A stretch of DNA of 64,000 nt, from NCBI GenBank assembly GCA_034520945.1, contig JAXHNB010000005.1, forward strand, positions 352,001-416,000, written 5' to 3'. The notes beneath the pieces are model-generated. The model made no database searches, was not told the DNA's origin, and worked only from the letters and a program-made list of their open reading frames with translations. Of the stretch, positions 8,430 to 18,552 are shown one piece after another (position 1 is the stretch's first letter; every line of letters begins with the position of its first letter). Origin of the DNA: Trueperaceae bacterium. GTDB taxonomy: Bacteria > Deinococcota > Deinococci > Deinococcales > Trueperaceae. Made by a program: the position numbers and the translations under genes.

Positions 8430-10253
8430 GTGACGCGGCCTGGCCCGCGGGACGATGGCCACACGGAACGCATTCCGTTCTGGCGCAACGTCAAGACCAT
8501 CGGCATCCTGGCGCAGCTCGTCTTCGCCGCGGTGGTCGTGGCGGCGGTGGTGGTGTTGTGGCTCAACGTCACCTCGGCGCTGTCCCGCTCCAACCTGCCG
8601 GCCGACTTCGGCTGGCTCGACGCCCGGGCCGGGGTGCCGGTCGCCGAACGGCCGATCCCGTACACGCCGTCGGATCCGTACTGGCGGGTTTTGCTCATCG
8701 GCTTCCTGAACACGCTCAAGGTGTCGTTGGTCGGCGTGGCGATGGCCAGCGTCATCGGGGTGGCGACTGGGGTGGCGCGCCTGAGCGGCAACTGGCTGTT
8801 GCGACAGATCGCCACCTGGTACGTCGAGGTGCTGCGCAACACGCCGCTGGCGGTGCAGATCATCTTTTGGTACACGGCGGCGCTGGCGACGCTCCCGCCG
8901 ACGATCACCAACCCGATCACGCTGCCGGGCGGGTTCTATTTCTCCAACCGCGGCCTGGCGTTTCCGTTCCCCTATCCCGGCTTCGCCTTCCGCGCCTGGC
9001 TCCCGTGGCTGGTCATTGCCGTGGCCGCCTACCTGTTGGTCCTGTGGTGGCGGCGTCGCCAGATCGCCCGCGCGGAACGGCCGGGGCGCGCTTGGCCCGC
9101 GGCGCTGGCGGCGTTCGCGGTGCTGGCCGGCGTGGGCTACCTGATCGGGGCGCGCGGCGCCGCCGCCCCCGAAGACCTCGTGTTCGAGCTGAACATCGAT
9201 CGTGGCCGGCTCACCAGCTACCTGGATCGTGACGGTGACGGCGAACGTGACGCCGCGGAGCCGACCGTGGGCTTCGCGCCGGCCACCGTGCGCATCGAGG
9301 AGGGCATGCTCACCGACCGTACGCGGAACCTCAACGAACAACGCCAGCGCAAGCCGAGCGTGTTCCGCTTCCCCGTGGTCGAACCCCACGAGTACGAATC
9401 GGCCGAGCTGCGCTTCGCGGATCCAGAGCAGGCCGAGCGCTTCTCGGTGCACATCGAGCGCGAGCCGGGCGCCGGTTGGCTGTACGAGGATCGCAACGGC
9501 GACGGGACCTGGCAGCCGGGCGAGGAAACGGGCGAGAACGGCGATGGCTTCGACGGCGTCGACCTCGAGCTCCACGTGACCGGCTTCGAGCGCTACCTGG
9601 TTACCAGCCGCGACGGGGGCTCGCGCATCCCCCGCTTCGAGTCGCCCGCCGCCTCGGAGGCCCTGGCCGAGGAAGAGGCCGAAGAGGACGGCGGCGCGGC
9701 GGCCGGCTTCAACCTGCAGTTCGGATCGCCCGAAGGCGAAGAGGCGTCGACGCTGGAGGGCAGCGTCGATCCGCACGTGTCGGGCCCGCTGGTGTGGAGC
9801 CGCCCCACCATCCCAGTCTCGAACTACGAGGGGGGCTTCCGCTTCACGCCCAGCTACCTGGCGTTGTTGCTGGCGCTGGTGATCTACACCTCGAGCTTCA
9901 TCGCCGAGATCGTACGCGGCGGATTGCAGGCGGTGCCCGCTGGGCAAACCGAGGCGGCGAAGGCGTTGGGGCTGTCCGATGGGCAGGTGTTCAACCTGGT
10001 GGTGTTTCCGCAGGCGGTCCGGATCGTCCTGCCGCCCGTGATCAGCCAGTACCTGAACCTCACCAAGAACTCCTCGTTGGGGCCGTTGGCGGCCTACGGC
10101 GAGCTGTTCGCGATCAGCACCATCGTCGCGAATCAGACCGGCGCCAGCGTGCCGGTGACCGTGCTTCTGATCGTGTCGTATCTGCTGATCAGCTTCGTGT
10201 TCGCCTTCATCCTGAACATCGTCAACGCCCGCATGGCGATCGTGGAGCGTTGA
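8430..10253 (+). CDS. aapQ: Amino acid ABC transporter permease (AapQ/BztB family) with large inserted acidic domain
   Basis: GFLNTLKVS, RLSGNWLL, YVEVLRNTPLAVQIIFWY, EAA loop AEIVRGGLQAVPAGQTEAAKALGL, YLNLTKNSSL; 607 aa. Confidence 0.9.
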   Translation: MTRPGPRDDGHTERIPFWRNVKTIGILAQLVFAAVVVAAVVVLWLNVTSALSRSNLPADFGWLDARAGVPVAERPIPYTPSDPYWRVLLIGFLNTLKVSLVGVAMASVIGVATGVARLSGNWLLRQIATWYVEVLRNTPLAVQIIFWYTAALATLPPTITNPITLPGGFYFSNRGLAFPFPYPGFAFRAWLPWLVIAVAAYLLVLWWRRRQIARAERPGRAWPAALAAFAVLAGVGYLIGARGAAAPEDLVFELNIDRGRLTSYLDRDGDGERDAAEPTVGFAPATVRIEEGMLTDRTRNLNEQRQRKPSVFRFPVVEPHEYESAELRFADPEQAERFSVHIEREPGAGWLYEDRNGDGTWQPGEETGENGDGFDGVDLELHVTGFERYLVTSRDGGSRIPRFESPAASEALAEEEAEEDGGAAAGFNLQFGSPEGEEASTLEGSVDPHVSGPLVWSRPTIPVSNYEGGFRFTPSYLALLLALVIYTSSFIAEIVRGGLQAVPAGQTEAAKALGLSDGQVFNLVVFPQAVRIVLPPVISQYLNLTKNSSLGPLAAYGELFAISTIVANQTGASVPVTVLLIVSYLLISFVFAFILNIVNARMAIVER

Positions 10254-10254
10254 C

Positions 10255-11475
10255 ATGATTCCGTCCCGCCTTCCCCCTCGCCGCGAGCGCGGCGTCATCC
10301 TTTGGCTTCGCAAGAACCTGTTCCACGGCGTCGGCAACACGCTCACGACGCTGTTCGTCGGCTACGCCGTCGTGCGTGCGGCGATGGCGCTCATCGGCTG
10401 GATGGTGACGGGCGCCGCGTGGCAGCCGGTGTGGGACAACCTCAGGTTGCTGGCGGTGTATCGCTACCCCGTCGAACTTCTGTGGCGGCCGATGGTCTCC
10501 GTCGCGCTGGTGCTGGCCCTGCTCGGTCTCGGCGCCGGGCTCGGCAGGCGGGCCGGCAAGGGCCAGATCATCGGTGGCGTGTTCTGGTGGTTCTCGGGCC
10601 TGGCGTTCGTGCTCACCGCCTTGGCGCTGTTCCAGTGGCCGTCGGTCCGCGGCTGGTGGGTGGTCATCAGCGTCGCCGCGCTGGCGGGGTACGGCCTCGG
10701 CCTTCGCTTCCCCCGCTTGGCGCGCATTCAGGCGTGGTCCTGGGCGGTGGCCCTGCCCGCCGTCGCGGTGCTGTTGTACGGCACGGGCGGGGTGGGGCGC
10801 ATGGCCACCGTCAGCACCCACGACTGGGGCGGCTTCATGCTCACCCTCGTCCTGGCCGGCGTCGGCATCACGGTGTCGTTCCCCCTCGGCGTGGCCTTGG
10901 CGTTGGGGCGCCGAAGCCGACTGCCCGCCATCAAGTACTTCTGCATCGGCTTCATCGAGCTGATCCGGGGCGCCCCGCTGATTACCTGGCTGTTCATCGC
11001 GTCGCTGATGGTGCCCCTGTTGTTGGACGTCAGTCCCGACAGCATCCCCGCAATCGCACGGGCGTTGGTGGCGATCACCCTGTTCAGCGCCGCGTACATG
11101 GCCGAGAACGTCCGAGGGGGCCTGCAGTCGGTGCCCGGCGGGCAGGGCGAGGCCGCCCGCGCCCTGGGCTTGTCCGGCTGGCAGACGATGCAGCTGATCA
11201 TCCTCCCCCAGGCCCTGCGCGCGGTGATCCCCGCCATCGTGGGGCAGGCGATCAGCCTGTTCAAGGACACCTCGCTGGTGTTCATCGTGGGTCTGCTGGA
11301 CTTTTTCGAGATCGGCCGCCGCGTGATCCCCAGCCAGCCCGAGTCGCTTCAGTACGCGGGCGGCGTCCTGCTGGAACTGTCGCTGTTCATGGCGGCGATG
11401 TACTGGTTCTTTTGCTACCGTATGTCGATGGCCAGTCGGCAACTCGAGAAGCACCTCGGGGTGGGCGAGCGTTGA
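10255..11475 (+). CDS. aapM: Amino acid ABC transporter permease (AapM/BztC family)
   Basis: [54 protein letters not shown]. Confidence 0.92.
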   Translation: MIPSRLPPRRERGVILWLRKNLFHGVGNTLTTLFVGYAVVRAAMALIGWMVTGAAWQPVWDNLRLLAVYRYPVELLWRPMVSVALVLALLGLGAGLGRRAGKGQIIGGVFWWFSGLAFVLTALALFQWPSVRGWWVVISVAALAGYGLGLRFPRLARIQAWSWAVALPAVAVLLYGTGGVGRMATVSTHDWGGFMLTLVLAGVGITVSFPLGVALALGRRSRLPAIKYFCIGFIELIRGAPLITWLFIASLMVPLLLDVSPDSIPAIARALVAITLFSAAYMAENVRGGLQSVPGGQGEAARALGLSGWQTMQLIILPQALRAVIPAIVGQAISLFKDTSLVFIVGLLDFFEIGRRVIPSQPESLQYAGGVLLELSLFMAAMYWFFCYRMSMASRQLEKHLGVGER

Positions 11476-11519
11476 CGCCGGCGCGAGACATCACCGCTCG
11501 CCCTTGTGAAGGAGACGAG

Positions 11520-12344
11520 ATGACGGAACCACGAACCGATCCCCAGCAACAGGCCGCAGGGCCCGCGCCCGTCGACACGGGGGCGATGGTCAGCGCGCAC
11601 GCCCCCGAGGACGGCGAGCGCATCATCGAGATCCTCACCCTCAACAAGTGGTTCGGCGACTTCCACGTCCTCAAGGACATCGACATGTCCGTCAACCGCG
11701 GCGAGGTGGTGTGCGTGATCGGCCCGTCCGGCTCGGGCAAGTCGACGCTGATCCGCTGCATCAACCGGCTGGAGGAGCACCAGGAGGGCGCCATCACGGT
11801 GGACGGCAATCGCCTCACCGACGACGTCCGCAAGATCGACCTGATCCGGCGCGAGACCGGCATGGTGTTCCAGCAGTTCAATCTGTTCCCGCACCTGACG
11901 GTGATGGAAAACATCACACTGGCGCCCATCCGGGTGCGGAAGTGGACGCGGTCCAAGGCCGAAGAGCGCGCCACGTACTTCCTGGAGAAGGTCGGCATCC
12001 CCGAGCAGGCCCAGAAGTACCCCGGCCAGTTGTCCGGCGGCCAGCAGCAGCGCGTCGCCATCGCCCGGGCCCTGACGATGGAGCCGAAGGTGATGCTGTT
12101 CGACGAGCCCACCAGCGCCCTCGACCCCGAGGTGATCGGCGAGGTGCTCGAGGTGATGGTCAACCTCGCCAAGGAGGGCATGACGATGGTCGTCGTCACC
12201 CACGAGATGGGCTTCGCACGCGAGGTGGGCGACCGGGTGATCTTCATGGACGCGGGGCAGATCGTCGAGGTCGGCACGCCCGAGCACTTCTTCCAGAACC
12301 CCCAGGAGGAACGCACCCGCGAGTTCCTGTCCAAGATCCTGTGA
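11520..12344 (+). CDS. aapP: Amino acid ABC transporter ATP-binding protein (AapP/GlnQ family)
   Basis: ATG 11520 after AAGGAG SD; Walker [26 protein letters not shown]. Confidence 0.95.
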   Translation: MTEPRTDPQQQAAGPAPVDTGAMVSAHAPEDGERIIEILTLNKWFGDFHVLKDIDMSVNRGEVVCVIGPSGSGKSTLIRCINRLEEHQEGAITVDGNRLTDDVRKIDLIRRETGMVFQQFNLFPHLTVMENITLAPIRVRKWTRSKAEERATYFLEKVGIPEQAQKYPGQLSGGQQQRVAIARALTMEPKVMLFDEPTSALDPEVIGEVLEVMVNLAKEGMTMVVVTHEMGFAREVGDRVIFMDAGQIVEVGTPEHFFQNPQEERTREFLSKIL

Positions 12345-12504
12345 CCGCGCGGCCGCGGCACCTGCCGCAACTCGGGGCGACGGGCCGCGCGCCGCGATAG
12401 GACGGTTCTCACAGCCCGCCGCCCGCGGCGGGCCGTATGCTGCCCCCAGCCGTGCGCCCGCCCCTCGGGGGCGGGCGACGTGCGGACTGTTTGGGAGGGC
12501 TTTG

Positions 12505-13662
12505 ATGGAAACCGAAGGACGGGGCGTGCGAATGGCGGACCTGCTCGGCCGGATGGTCGGCAAGGGCGCCTCGGACGTGCACCTGCAGGCCGGCGCCCCC
12601 CCGCACGTCCGGATCGACGGCGATCTGCTGGCGTGGGAGGGGAGCCCGGCCCTGACGCCGGCGCAGACCGAAAAGATCGCGCTGGCCATGATGACCGAAG
12701 GGCAGCGCGAAGCGTTCACGCACCGTCATGAGCTGGATTTCGCGTTCACCATTCCCGAGGTGGCGCGCTTCCGCTGCAACGCCTTCCGGCAGCGCGGCTC
12801 GGTCGGGGTGGTGATGCGCGTGATCGGCGGCGCGATCCCCGGCTTCGACGCGCTGGGCCTCCCGGCCGAAGTGGTCTCCGAGTTCGCCGAGCAGCCGCGG
12901 GGCCTGGTTCTGGTGACCGGACCGACCGGGTCGGGCAAGACCACCACCCTGGCGGCGATGGTCGACCACGTGAACCGTCGCTTTCCCCGGCACGTGATCA
13001 CCATCGAGGATCCGATCGAGATCCTGCACGCCAACCAACGGAGCCTGGTGGTGCAGCGCGAGGTGGGCCTGGACACCGCCGACTTCGTGGACGCCCTCAA
13101 GTTCGCGGTGCGGCAGGACCCCGACGTGATCATGATCGGCGAGATGCGCGACCGCGCCACCGTCGAGGCGGCCCTCACCGCCGCCCAGACGGGACACCTG
13201 GTCCTGTCGTCGCTGCACACGCTCGATTCGATCCGCACCATCAACCGCATCATCGATTTCTTCGCGCCGTTCGAGCGGAACCAGATCCGCTCCATGTTGG
13301 CGGAGTCGCTGCTCGGCATCCTGAGCCAACGGCTGCTGGTGCGGGCCGACGGGCCGGGTCGCGTCCTCTCGGCCGAGGTGCTGGTGAACACCCCCCTGAT
13401 TCGCGACTACATCCGCGACCCGGACAAGACGTCGTTGATCAAGGAAGCGCTGATGGACGACAACCTTCGCGGCATGCAGACGTTCGACCAGAACCTGGTC
13501 GACCTGTACCTGGACGGCCGCATCACGCTCGAGGACGCGACCTTCATGGCCACCAGCCCACACGAGCTGCGCCTGATGATCACCCAGCGGGTCGGGCCGC
13601 AGGACGTCCCCAACGAGATGGAGTTCGAGCGGTTGTTGCGCAAGCGCGGCCCGCTGGGCTGA
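12505..13662 (+). CDS. pilT: Type IV pilus twitching-motility ATPase, PilT/PilU family
   Basis: ASDVHL, GPTGSGKTTT, TIEDPIE, QREVG, RQDPDVIMIGEMRD, GMQTFDQ. Confidence 0.9.
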   Translation: METEGRGVRMADLLGRMVGKGASDVHLQAGAPPHVRIDGDLLAWEGSPALTPAQTEKIALAMMTEGQREAFTHRHELDFAFTIPEVARFRCNAFRQRGSVGVVMRVIGGAIPGFDALGLPAEVVSEFAEQPRGLVLVTGPTGSGKTTTLAAMVDHVNRRFPRHVITIEDPIEILHANQRSLVVQREVGLDTADFVDALKFAVRQDPDVIMIGEMRDRATVEAALTAAQTGHLVLSSLHTLDSIRTINRIIDFFAPFERNQIRSMLAESLLGILSQRLLVRADGPGRVLSAEVLVNTPLIRDYIRDPDKTSLIKEALMDDNLRGMQTFDQNLVDLYLDGRITLEDATFMATSPHELRLMITQRVGPQDVPNEMEFERLLRKRGPLG

Positions 13663-13695
13663 GCCGGCTCGCCCGCCCGGCCGGTGCCGGGGGCA

Positions 13696-14913
13696 TCAGC
13701 CGCGCCGGCGGTCGGCGCCTGGGTCGTGGTGCGCCCGCAACCACGGGCGAACGGAGCCGGCGAGGTAGAACGACCCCGCCACCACGAGCAGCCCGCCCGG
13801 CGGCACCTCCCCCAGGGCCGAGAGAAGCGCGTGGCGGGGATCCGGGTCGAAGCCCGGTTCACCCGCGAACGCCGCGATGCCGGCGCCCGGGGCGGTGAAG
13901 CGCACGCGCGCCGCGCGCGCCGCCAGCGCCGCGCGGATGCCGTCCGCGTCCTTGCGGCCGTGAATCCCCAGCAGCAGGTGCGCGCCCGCCGGGACCTCTT
14001 CGGCGAGCGCCTCGGCCGCCGCGCGGTTGTGCGCCCCGTCCAGCAGGACGTCTCGGCCACGCACGAAAAACGCTTCGCGCCGGGCGGGCAGGGCCGGCGG
14101 CCGAGCGGCGGCGGCGAGGGCCGTGGGCAGCGCGGCCGCCGGCAGCGAGGCGCAGCGCAGCGCGGCCGCGGCCAGGTCCTGGGCGACGGCGTCCACTCTC
14201 CGGCCTTGCGAACCGCGATCTCGGCCGGATCGAACGACGTGCAGGGGTGCGTCGCGCGCCGCCGCCACGGCGCGCACGACCTGCAGGGCCTCGCCGTCGG
14301 CCGCCGTCACCACCGGCACGCCGGGTCGGATCGCCGCGGCCTTGTCCTCCGCGATGGCGGCGACGTCGGGCCCGAGCACGTCGGCGTGATCCAGCGACAC
14401 GTTGGTGATCACCACCACGCGTACGGCGTTCACGGCGCGCGTGGCGTCGCGCGCCGCCCCGACCCCGGCCTCCAGCACCGCCCAGTCCGCGCCGCCCCTG
14501 GCGGCCAGGTCCAACGCCATCGCCGTCACCACCTCGAAGAACGCGGCGGGCGGGGCGTCCGGATGGGGGCTCAGCCGGTCCAGGAACGCCATCACCTCCT
14601 CGGGCGTCACGGGCCGCCCGTCGAGCGCGATTCGCTCGGCGAACGACTCGACGTGGGGGGACAAGAAGCGCACGCTGCGGAGCCCGGCCGCGCGCAGGCC
14701 GGCGTCGATCCGACAGGCCACGGCGCCCTTGCCGTTGGTGCCGACCACGTGCGCGACGTTCAAAGGATCCGGAATCGACAGGGCGTCCAGCAGCCGCCGG
14801 GTGCGGGCCGGATCGCGGGGGGCGCCCTGACGGCTGCGTGCGTACAGTCGCGCAAGGGCATCCTGGTAGGCGGATGGCCGTGATCGGGCGCGGGCAGTCG
14901 GCGTGACGCTCAC
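13696..14913 (-). CDS. folC: Folylpolyglutamate synthase/dihydrofolate synthase
   Basis: HVVGTNGKG, SPHVESFAERI, FFEVVT, LEAGVG, DHADVLG, LDGAHN; GTG start overlaps upstream TGA. Confidence 0.88.
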   Translation of the reverse strand: MSVTPTARARSRPSAYQDALARLYARSRQGAPRDPARTRRLLDALSIPDPLNVAHVVGTNGKGAVACRIDAGLRAAGLRSVRFLSPHVESFAERIALDGRPVTPEEVMAFLDRLSPHPDAPPAAFFEVVTAMALDLAARGGADWAVLEAGVGAARDATRAVNAVRVVVITNVSLDHADVLGPDVAAIAEDKAAAIRPGVPVVTAADGEALQVVRAVAAARDAPLHVVRSGRDRGSQGRRVDAVAQDLAAAALRCASLPAAALPTALAAAARPPALPARREAFFVRGRDVLLDGAHNRAAAEALAEEVPAGAHLLLGIHGRKDADGIRAALAARAARVRFTAPGAGIAAFAGEPGFDPDPRHALLSALGEVPPGGLLVVAGSFYLAGSVRPWLRAHHDPGADRRRG

Positions 14914-15620
14914 CCGCCGCTTCGGCCGCGCCGGCCTCCGCGTCCACGCCGCCGGCGCCGCCGGCGCTTCTTGGCGTCCTTGCGACCTACCTCGGCTTCG
15001 AGCGTCTCCCAGGCCGGCATGCGGGTGTCCGATCCGACCGATACCAGCAACACGTCGAGCGTCTGCTCCGGCGTCGCCTGCGCCAGCCTCAGGATGGCGT
15101 GCGGAGGCCGCACGTCGATCCAGACACGGCTGCCACCGGGATGCAGCAGGTAGCTGCGCGCCCGCCGCGTGCCGAGGGCCGTGTCGAGTTCCACCTCGCC
15201 CAGGGCGCGCGCCAGCACCGACTTGCCGAGCATCGGGATCCACACCCGCGTCCGGTCCGGGGCGGCGTCACGCAGGTCGCGCATCATCGACAGCGGGTCC
15301 CGGTACGGCAACAGGTAGGGCACCTCGGCGCTGTCGTCCCCTTCGCGCTGCATGCGAACCAAGCCCTGTTCGTCGTCGAAGTCGATCCGGAACGAGCGCG
15401 TGGACTGCGGGTCCTTGTGGTGCTCGACGAACGCGACGCTGGCGTTGTGATCGAACGTGCAACGGCTGAGCTGCGTCACCTCGGCGCGACCCAATGCCCC
15501 CTCGAACCGCGTTTCCGCCTCGAGGTGGACATTGCGGCCGTCCCGCTCCTGACGCAGCACGTGGCGTCCGGCCGCGGCCCCGCGAACCTCCAGCCGGTAG
15601 GTATGTACCTCGACGGACAC
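14910..15620 (-). CDS. Hypothetical beta-rich protein (DUF3108-like) with Arg-rich C-terminal tail
   Basis: YRDPLSMM motif; TACCAT 5 nt before GTG 15620; translationally coupled to folC. Confidence 0.65.
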   Translation of the reverse strand: MSVEVHTYRLEVRGAAAGRHVLRQERDGRNVHLEAETRFEGALGRAEVTQLSRCTFDHNASVAFVEHHKDPQSTRSFRIDFDDEQGLVRMQREGDDSAEVPYLLPYRDPLSMMRDLRDAAPDRTRVWIPMLGKSVLARALGEVELDTALGTRRARSYLLHPGGSRVWIDVRPPHAILRLAQATPEQTLDVLLVSVGSDTRMPAWETLEAEVGRKDAKKRRRRRRRGRGGRRGRSGG

Positions 15621-15689
15621 GCCGAATGGTAGCACGGAGCCCCCGCGCTACGGCCCGCCGTCCGGCGCCCGCGGTAGCCTGGCCCCGTC

Positions 15690-17183
15690 ATGTGGCCCTT
15701 CGAAGCCCGGTCGTATCTCGGTGCGCGGTGGTGGACGCCCGCCGTCGCCGCCGCGCTGTTCGTCGGCGTGGCGGGATGCCTGCCACTGCCCGACGCGCGC
15801 ACGAACACGCCCCCGCTGCAGGCCACCATGCGCGTGTCCCCCGCCAGCGTGCCGTCACGGGCCGTGTGGGTGCCGGGCGCCTCGGTGCCCGGCACGCCGG
15901 AGGACATGAACGGCACGACCACGTTGCGTTTCCAGCTGGCGGAGCCGGCCGACACCATCTACGTGGCCGTGCCGGGCCTGTTCGGGGGCGCGTCGGCGTT
16001 CGCGCCGTTGGCGCGCCGCTTGGTGGCCAGCCAGCCTGGCACGCAGGTGTGGGCGCTGGACCGTCGCGCCAACGCCTTGGAGGACCGCGAGCCGGTGCGG
16101 CGGGCGCTCGCCGCGAGTGATCCCGCCCCCGCGGTCGCCGCGTACCTCGGGACGGGCGACGCCCCGCCGACGTTCTTACCGCCGCGGCCCGAGACGCACC
16201 GCTTCGTGGCGGCGTGGGACCTCGACGTGCACCTCCGTGACCTGCACGCCGTGGTGCGCGAGGCGCGCGCGTCGGCCGAACGGGTCGTGCTGCTGGGGCA
16301 CTCGATGGGGGCGAGCCTGGCCGGCGTGTACGTGGCGTGGCGCAGCCCCGACGGGCTGGGACACGCCCAGGTCGACGGTCTGGTGCTGGTGGATGGCGCG
16401 CCGGGGCGGACGGGGGCGTACGGGCGCGGACGAGACGTCCGCTTCGCGGGGGTGCGCCTTCTGCCGACCGAGGAGGCGGTCCGCAGCGGCGAGGCCGCCC
16501 CCTGGGTCACCCTCGGCAAGGGGGGCGCGCAGTTCGCCGAGCGTCAGGCTGCGGCGGTGCTGGCGGCGCTGGCGCCGGAGGAGGACGCGCCGGCGCACGT
16601 CCGGCCGTTCGCCCTGACCAATCTGGCCTACGGCGGACTGATGCACGACGACCAGTACGGCCCGCTGAACCAGTTCTACGCCTCCATCGGGGAGGTGCAA
16701 GGCGCCGAGCTGGACGGGAACCTCGCCGCCTTCCTCGTCGGCGGCCCGGTCGCGGCACGGAGCGCGTCGGTGGTCGGCGTGGCCGCGGGGGAGGAACGCG
16801 TCGGCTGGCGGCCGGGCGATCCCCGGTTCGAACGCAGCGACGCGCAGGAGCTGTTCGCCGCGTGGAACGACCCGCGCGCCGACGTGGCCGAGTGGTACGT
16901 GCCGGTCGAGCTGCTCCGGGACCTGGCGGCCCTGTCGCCCGACCTGACCGATCAGGACGCCTTCGTGCCGATGCGGGAGGTGCCGCTCCCGACCCTGGCG
17001 ATCGGCTCCGACCGGGGGTTGTTGCGAAGTCACGGCGCGTTCGAGGCCTACGCTGAGCAGCGCCTGGGGTCGTCCCTGAGCGTCACCATCCTGCGGGGCC
17101 TGACGCACATGGACCTGCTCACCGCCCGCGACGCCCCCGTGGTTGCGCTGGTGGCGCGCTGGGCGTCGCGCTTGCCGGACTGA
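15690..17183 (+). CDS. Alpha/beta-hydrolase, probable lipoprotein
   Basis: Lipobox-like VAGC, oxyanion region VPGLFGG, nucleophile GHSMG, C-terminal LTHMDLL. Confidence 0.8.
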   Translation: MWPFEARSYLGARWWTPAVAAALFVGVAGCLPLPDARTNTPPLQATMRVSPASVPSRAVWVPGASVPGTPEDMNGTTTLRFQLAEPADTIYVAVPGLFGGASAFAPLARRLVASQPGTQVWALDRRANALEDREPVRRALAASDPAPAVAAYLGTGDAPPTFLPPRPETHRFVAAWDLDVHLRDLHAVVREARASAERVVLLGHSMGASLAGVYVAWRSPDGLGHAQVDGLVLVDGAPGRTGAYGRGRDVRFAGVRLLPTEEAVRSGEAAPWVTLGKGGAQFAERQAAAVLAALAPEEDAPAHVRPFALTNLAYGGLMHDDQYGPLNQFYASIGEVQGAELDGNLAAFLVGGPVAARSASVVGVAAGEERVGWRPGDPRFERSDAQELFAAWNDPRADVAEWYVPVELLRDLAALSPDLTDQDAFVPMREVPLPTLAIGSDRGLLRSHGAFEAYAEQRLGSSLSVTILRGLTHMDLLTARDAPVVALVARWASRLPD

Positions 17184-17235
17184 CGCATGCCGTCAGGGCC
17201 GCGCTGTGCGGGCGTGCGCCTGGTAGGCTCGCCGC

Positions 17236-18516
17236 ATGCTGGACCCGAGCCTTCTCCGCGACCACCCCGAGGCCGTACGCGCCGGCGTGCGCGCCAAGCG
17301 CATCGAGGGGGCGGAAGAAGCCCTCGACGCCCTGTCGTTGGCGGACGAAGAGCACCGCCTGCTGCGTCGGGACCTGGAGGAGAAGCAGGCGCGCCGCAAC
17401 CGCGACAGCAAGCGGATCGGCGAGCTGAAGCGGGACGGGGCCGACGCGGACGAGCTGATCCGCACGATGGGGGAGCTCTCGGCCGAGGTCAAGCAACTGG
17501 AGGAGCGCGAGCGTTCCCTGCGCGAACGCATCGAGCGCCTGACGCTCGAGGTCCCCAACCTGCCGCACGAGAGCGTCCCGATCGGCGAAAGCGAGCACGA
17601 CAACGTCGTCCTGTACGAGCGGGGCGATCCGAGGCCGGCCAGCGCGTCGCTGCAGCCGCACTGGTCGCTGATGAGGGAGCGCGGGTGGTTGGACATGGAG
17701 GCGGGCGCGCGCATCGCCAGCGCCGGCTTCCCGGTGTTCCGCGGCGAGGGGGCCCGCTTGGTGCGGGCGCTCGAGCGCTACTTCATCGACCGGCTGGCGG
17801 ACGCCGGCTTCGCGGAGGTGCGCGTGCCGCTGTTGGCCAACCGCGAGAGCGCGACCGCGACGGGCCAGCTGCCCGACAAGGAGGGTCAGATGTACCGGGT
17901 GCAGGACGACCTGTACCTCGTCCCGACCTCGGAGGTGTCGGTCACCAACCTGCATCGCGGCGAAATCTTGGACGCGGCCGAGCTGCCGCTTCGCTACTGC
18001 GCGTTCACCCCGTGCTTCCGGCGCGAGGCCGGCAGTCACGGGCGCGAGGTGCGGGGGTTGAACCGCGTGCACCAGTTCGACAAGGTCGAGATGGTCGCGT
18101 TCACCGCGCCCGAGGACAGCTACGAGATGCTGGAGTCCATGACCGAGCTCGCGGAAGCGCTGTTGACGGAACTGGGCCTCGCCTACCGTCGCCTGCTGAT
18201 GTGCACTGCGGACATGGGGTTCACGCAGGCCAAGAAGTACGACCTCGAGGTGTGGAGCCCCGCCCAGTCGCGCTGGTTGGAGGTCAGCAGCGTCAGCAAC
18301 GTCACCGACTTCCAGGCGCGACGGCTGGCCACGCGCGCCCGGCCGGGTGGGGTGCACGGATCCGGGCGCACCACGCACGTGCATACGCTGAACGGCAGCG
18401 CGTTGGCGTTCCCACGGACGATCGCGGCGTTGGTCGAGACGCATCAGGACGACGCGGGCGAGGTGGCGGTGCCGGCGGTGCTGGCGCCGTACCTGGGGAC
18501 CGACCGCCTGCGCTGA
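17236..18516 (+). CDS. serS: Serine--tRNA ligase
   Basis: N-terminal coiled coil, PTSEV, motif 2 FRREAGSHG..GLNRVHQFDKVE, motif 3 HTLNGSALAFPR. Confidence 0.97.
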   Translation: MLDPSLLRDHPEAVRAGVRAKRIEGAEEALDALSLADEEHRLLRRDLEEKQARRNRDSKRIGELKRDGADADELIRTMGELSAEVKQLEERERSLRERIERLTLEVPNLPHESVPIGESEHDNVVLYERGDPRPASASLQPHWSLMRERGWLDMEAGARIASAGFPVFRGEGARLVRALERYFIDRLADAGFAEVRVPLLANRESATATGQLPDKEGQMYRVQDDLYLVPTSEVSVTNLHRGEILDAAELPLRYCAFTPCFRREAGSHGREVRGLNRVHQFDKVEMVAFTAPEDSYEMLESMTELAEALLTELGLAYRRLLMCTADMGFTQAKKYDLEVWSPAQSRWLEVSSVSNVTDFQARRLATRARPGGVHGSGRTTHVHTLNGSALAFPRTIAALVETHQDDAGEVAVPAVLAPYLGTDRLR

Positions 18517-18552
18517 GGCGGGGTGCTGCGCTGCGCCCGGCGGGCGCGGCGT

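Noticed and set aside
10302..12344. Apparent 680-aa ABC ATPase fusion, and other over-long ORF-track starts (27509, 30184, 51776, 57026, 22170, 6939)
   Set aside because: The N-terminal parts are out-of-frame overlaps with neighbouring genes; SD or leaderless signals indicate downstream starts
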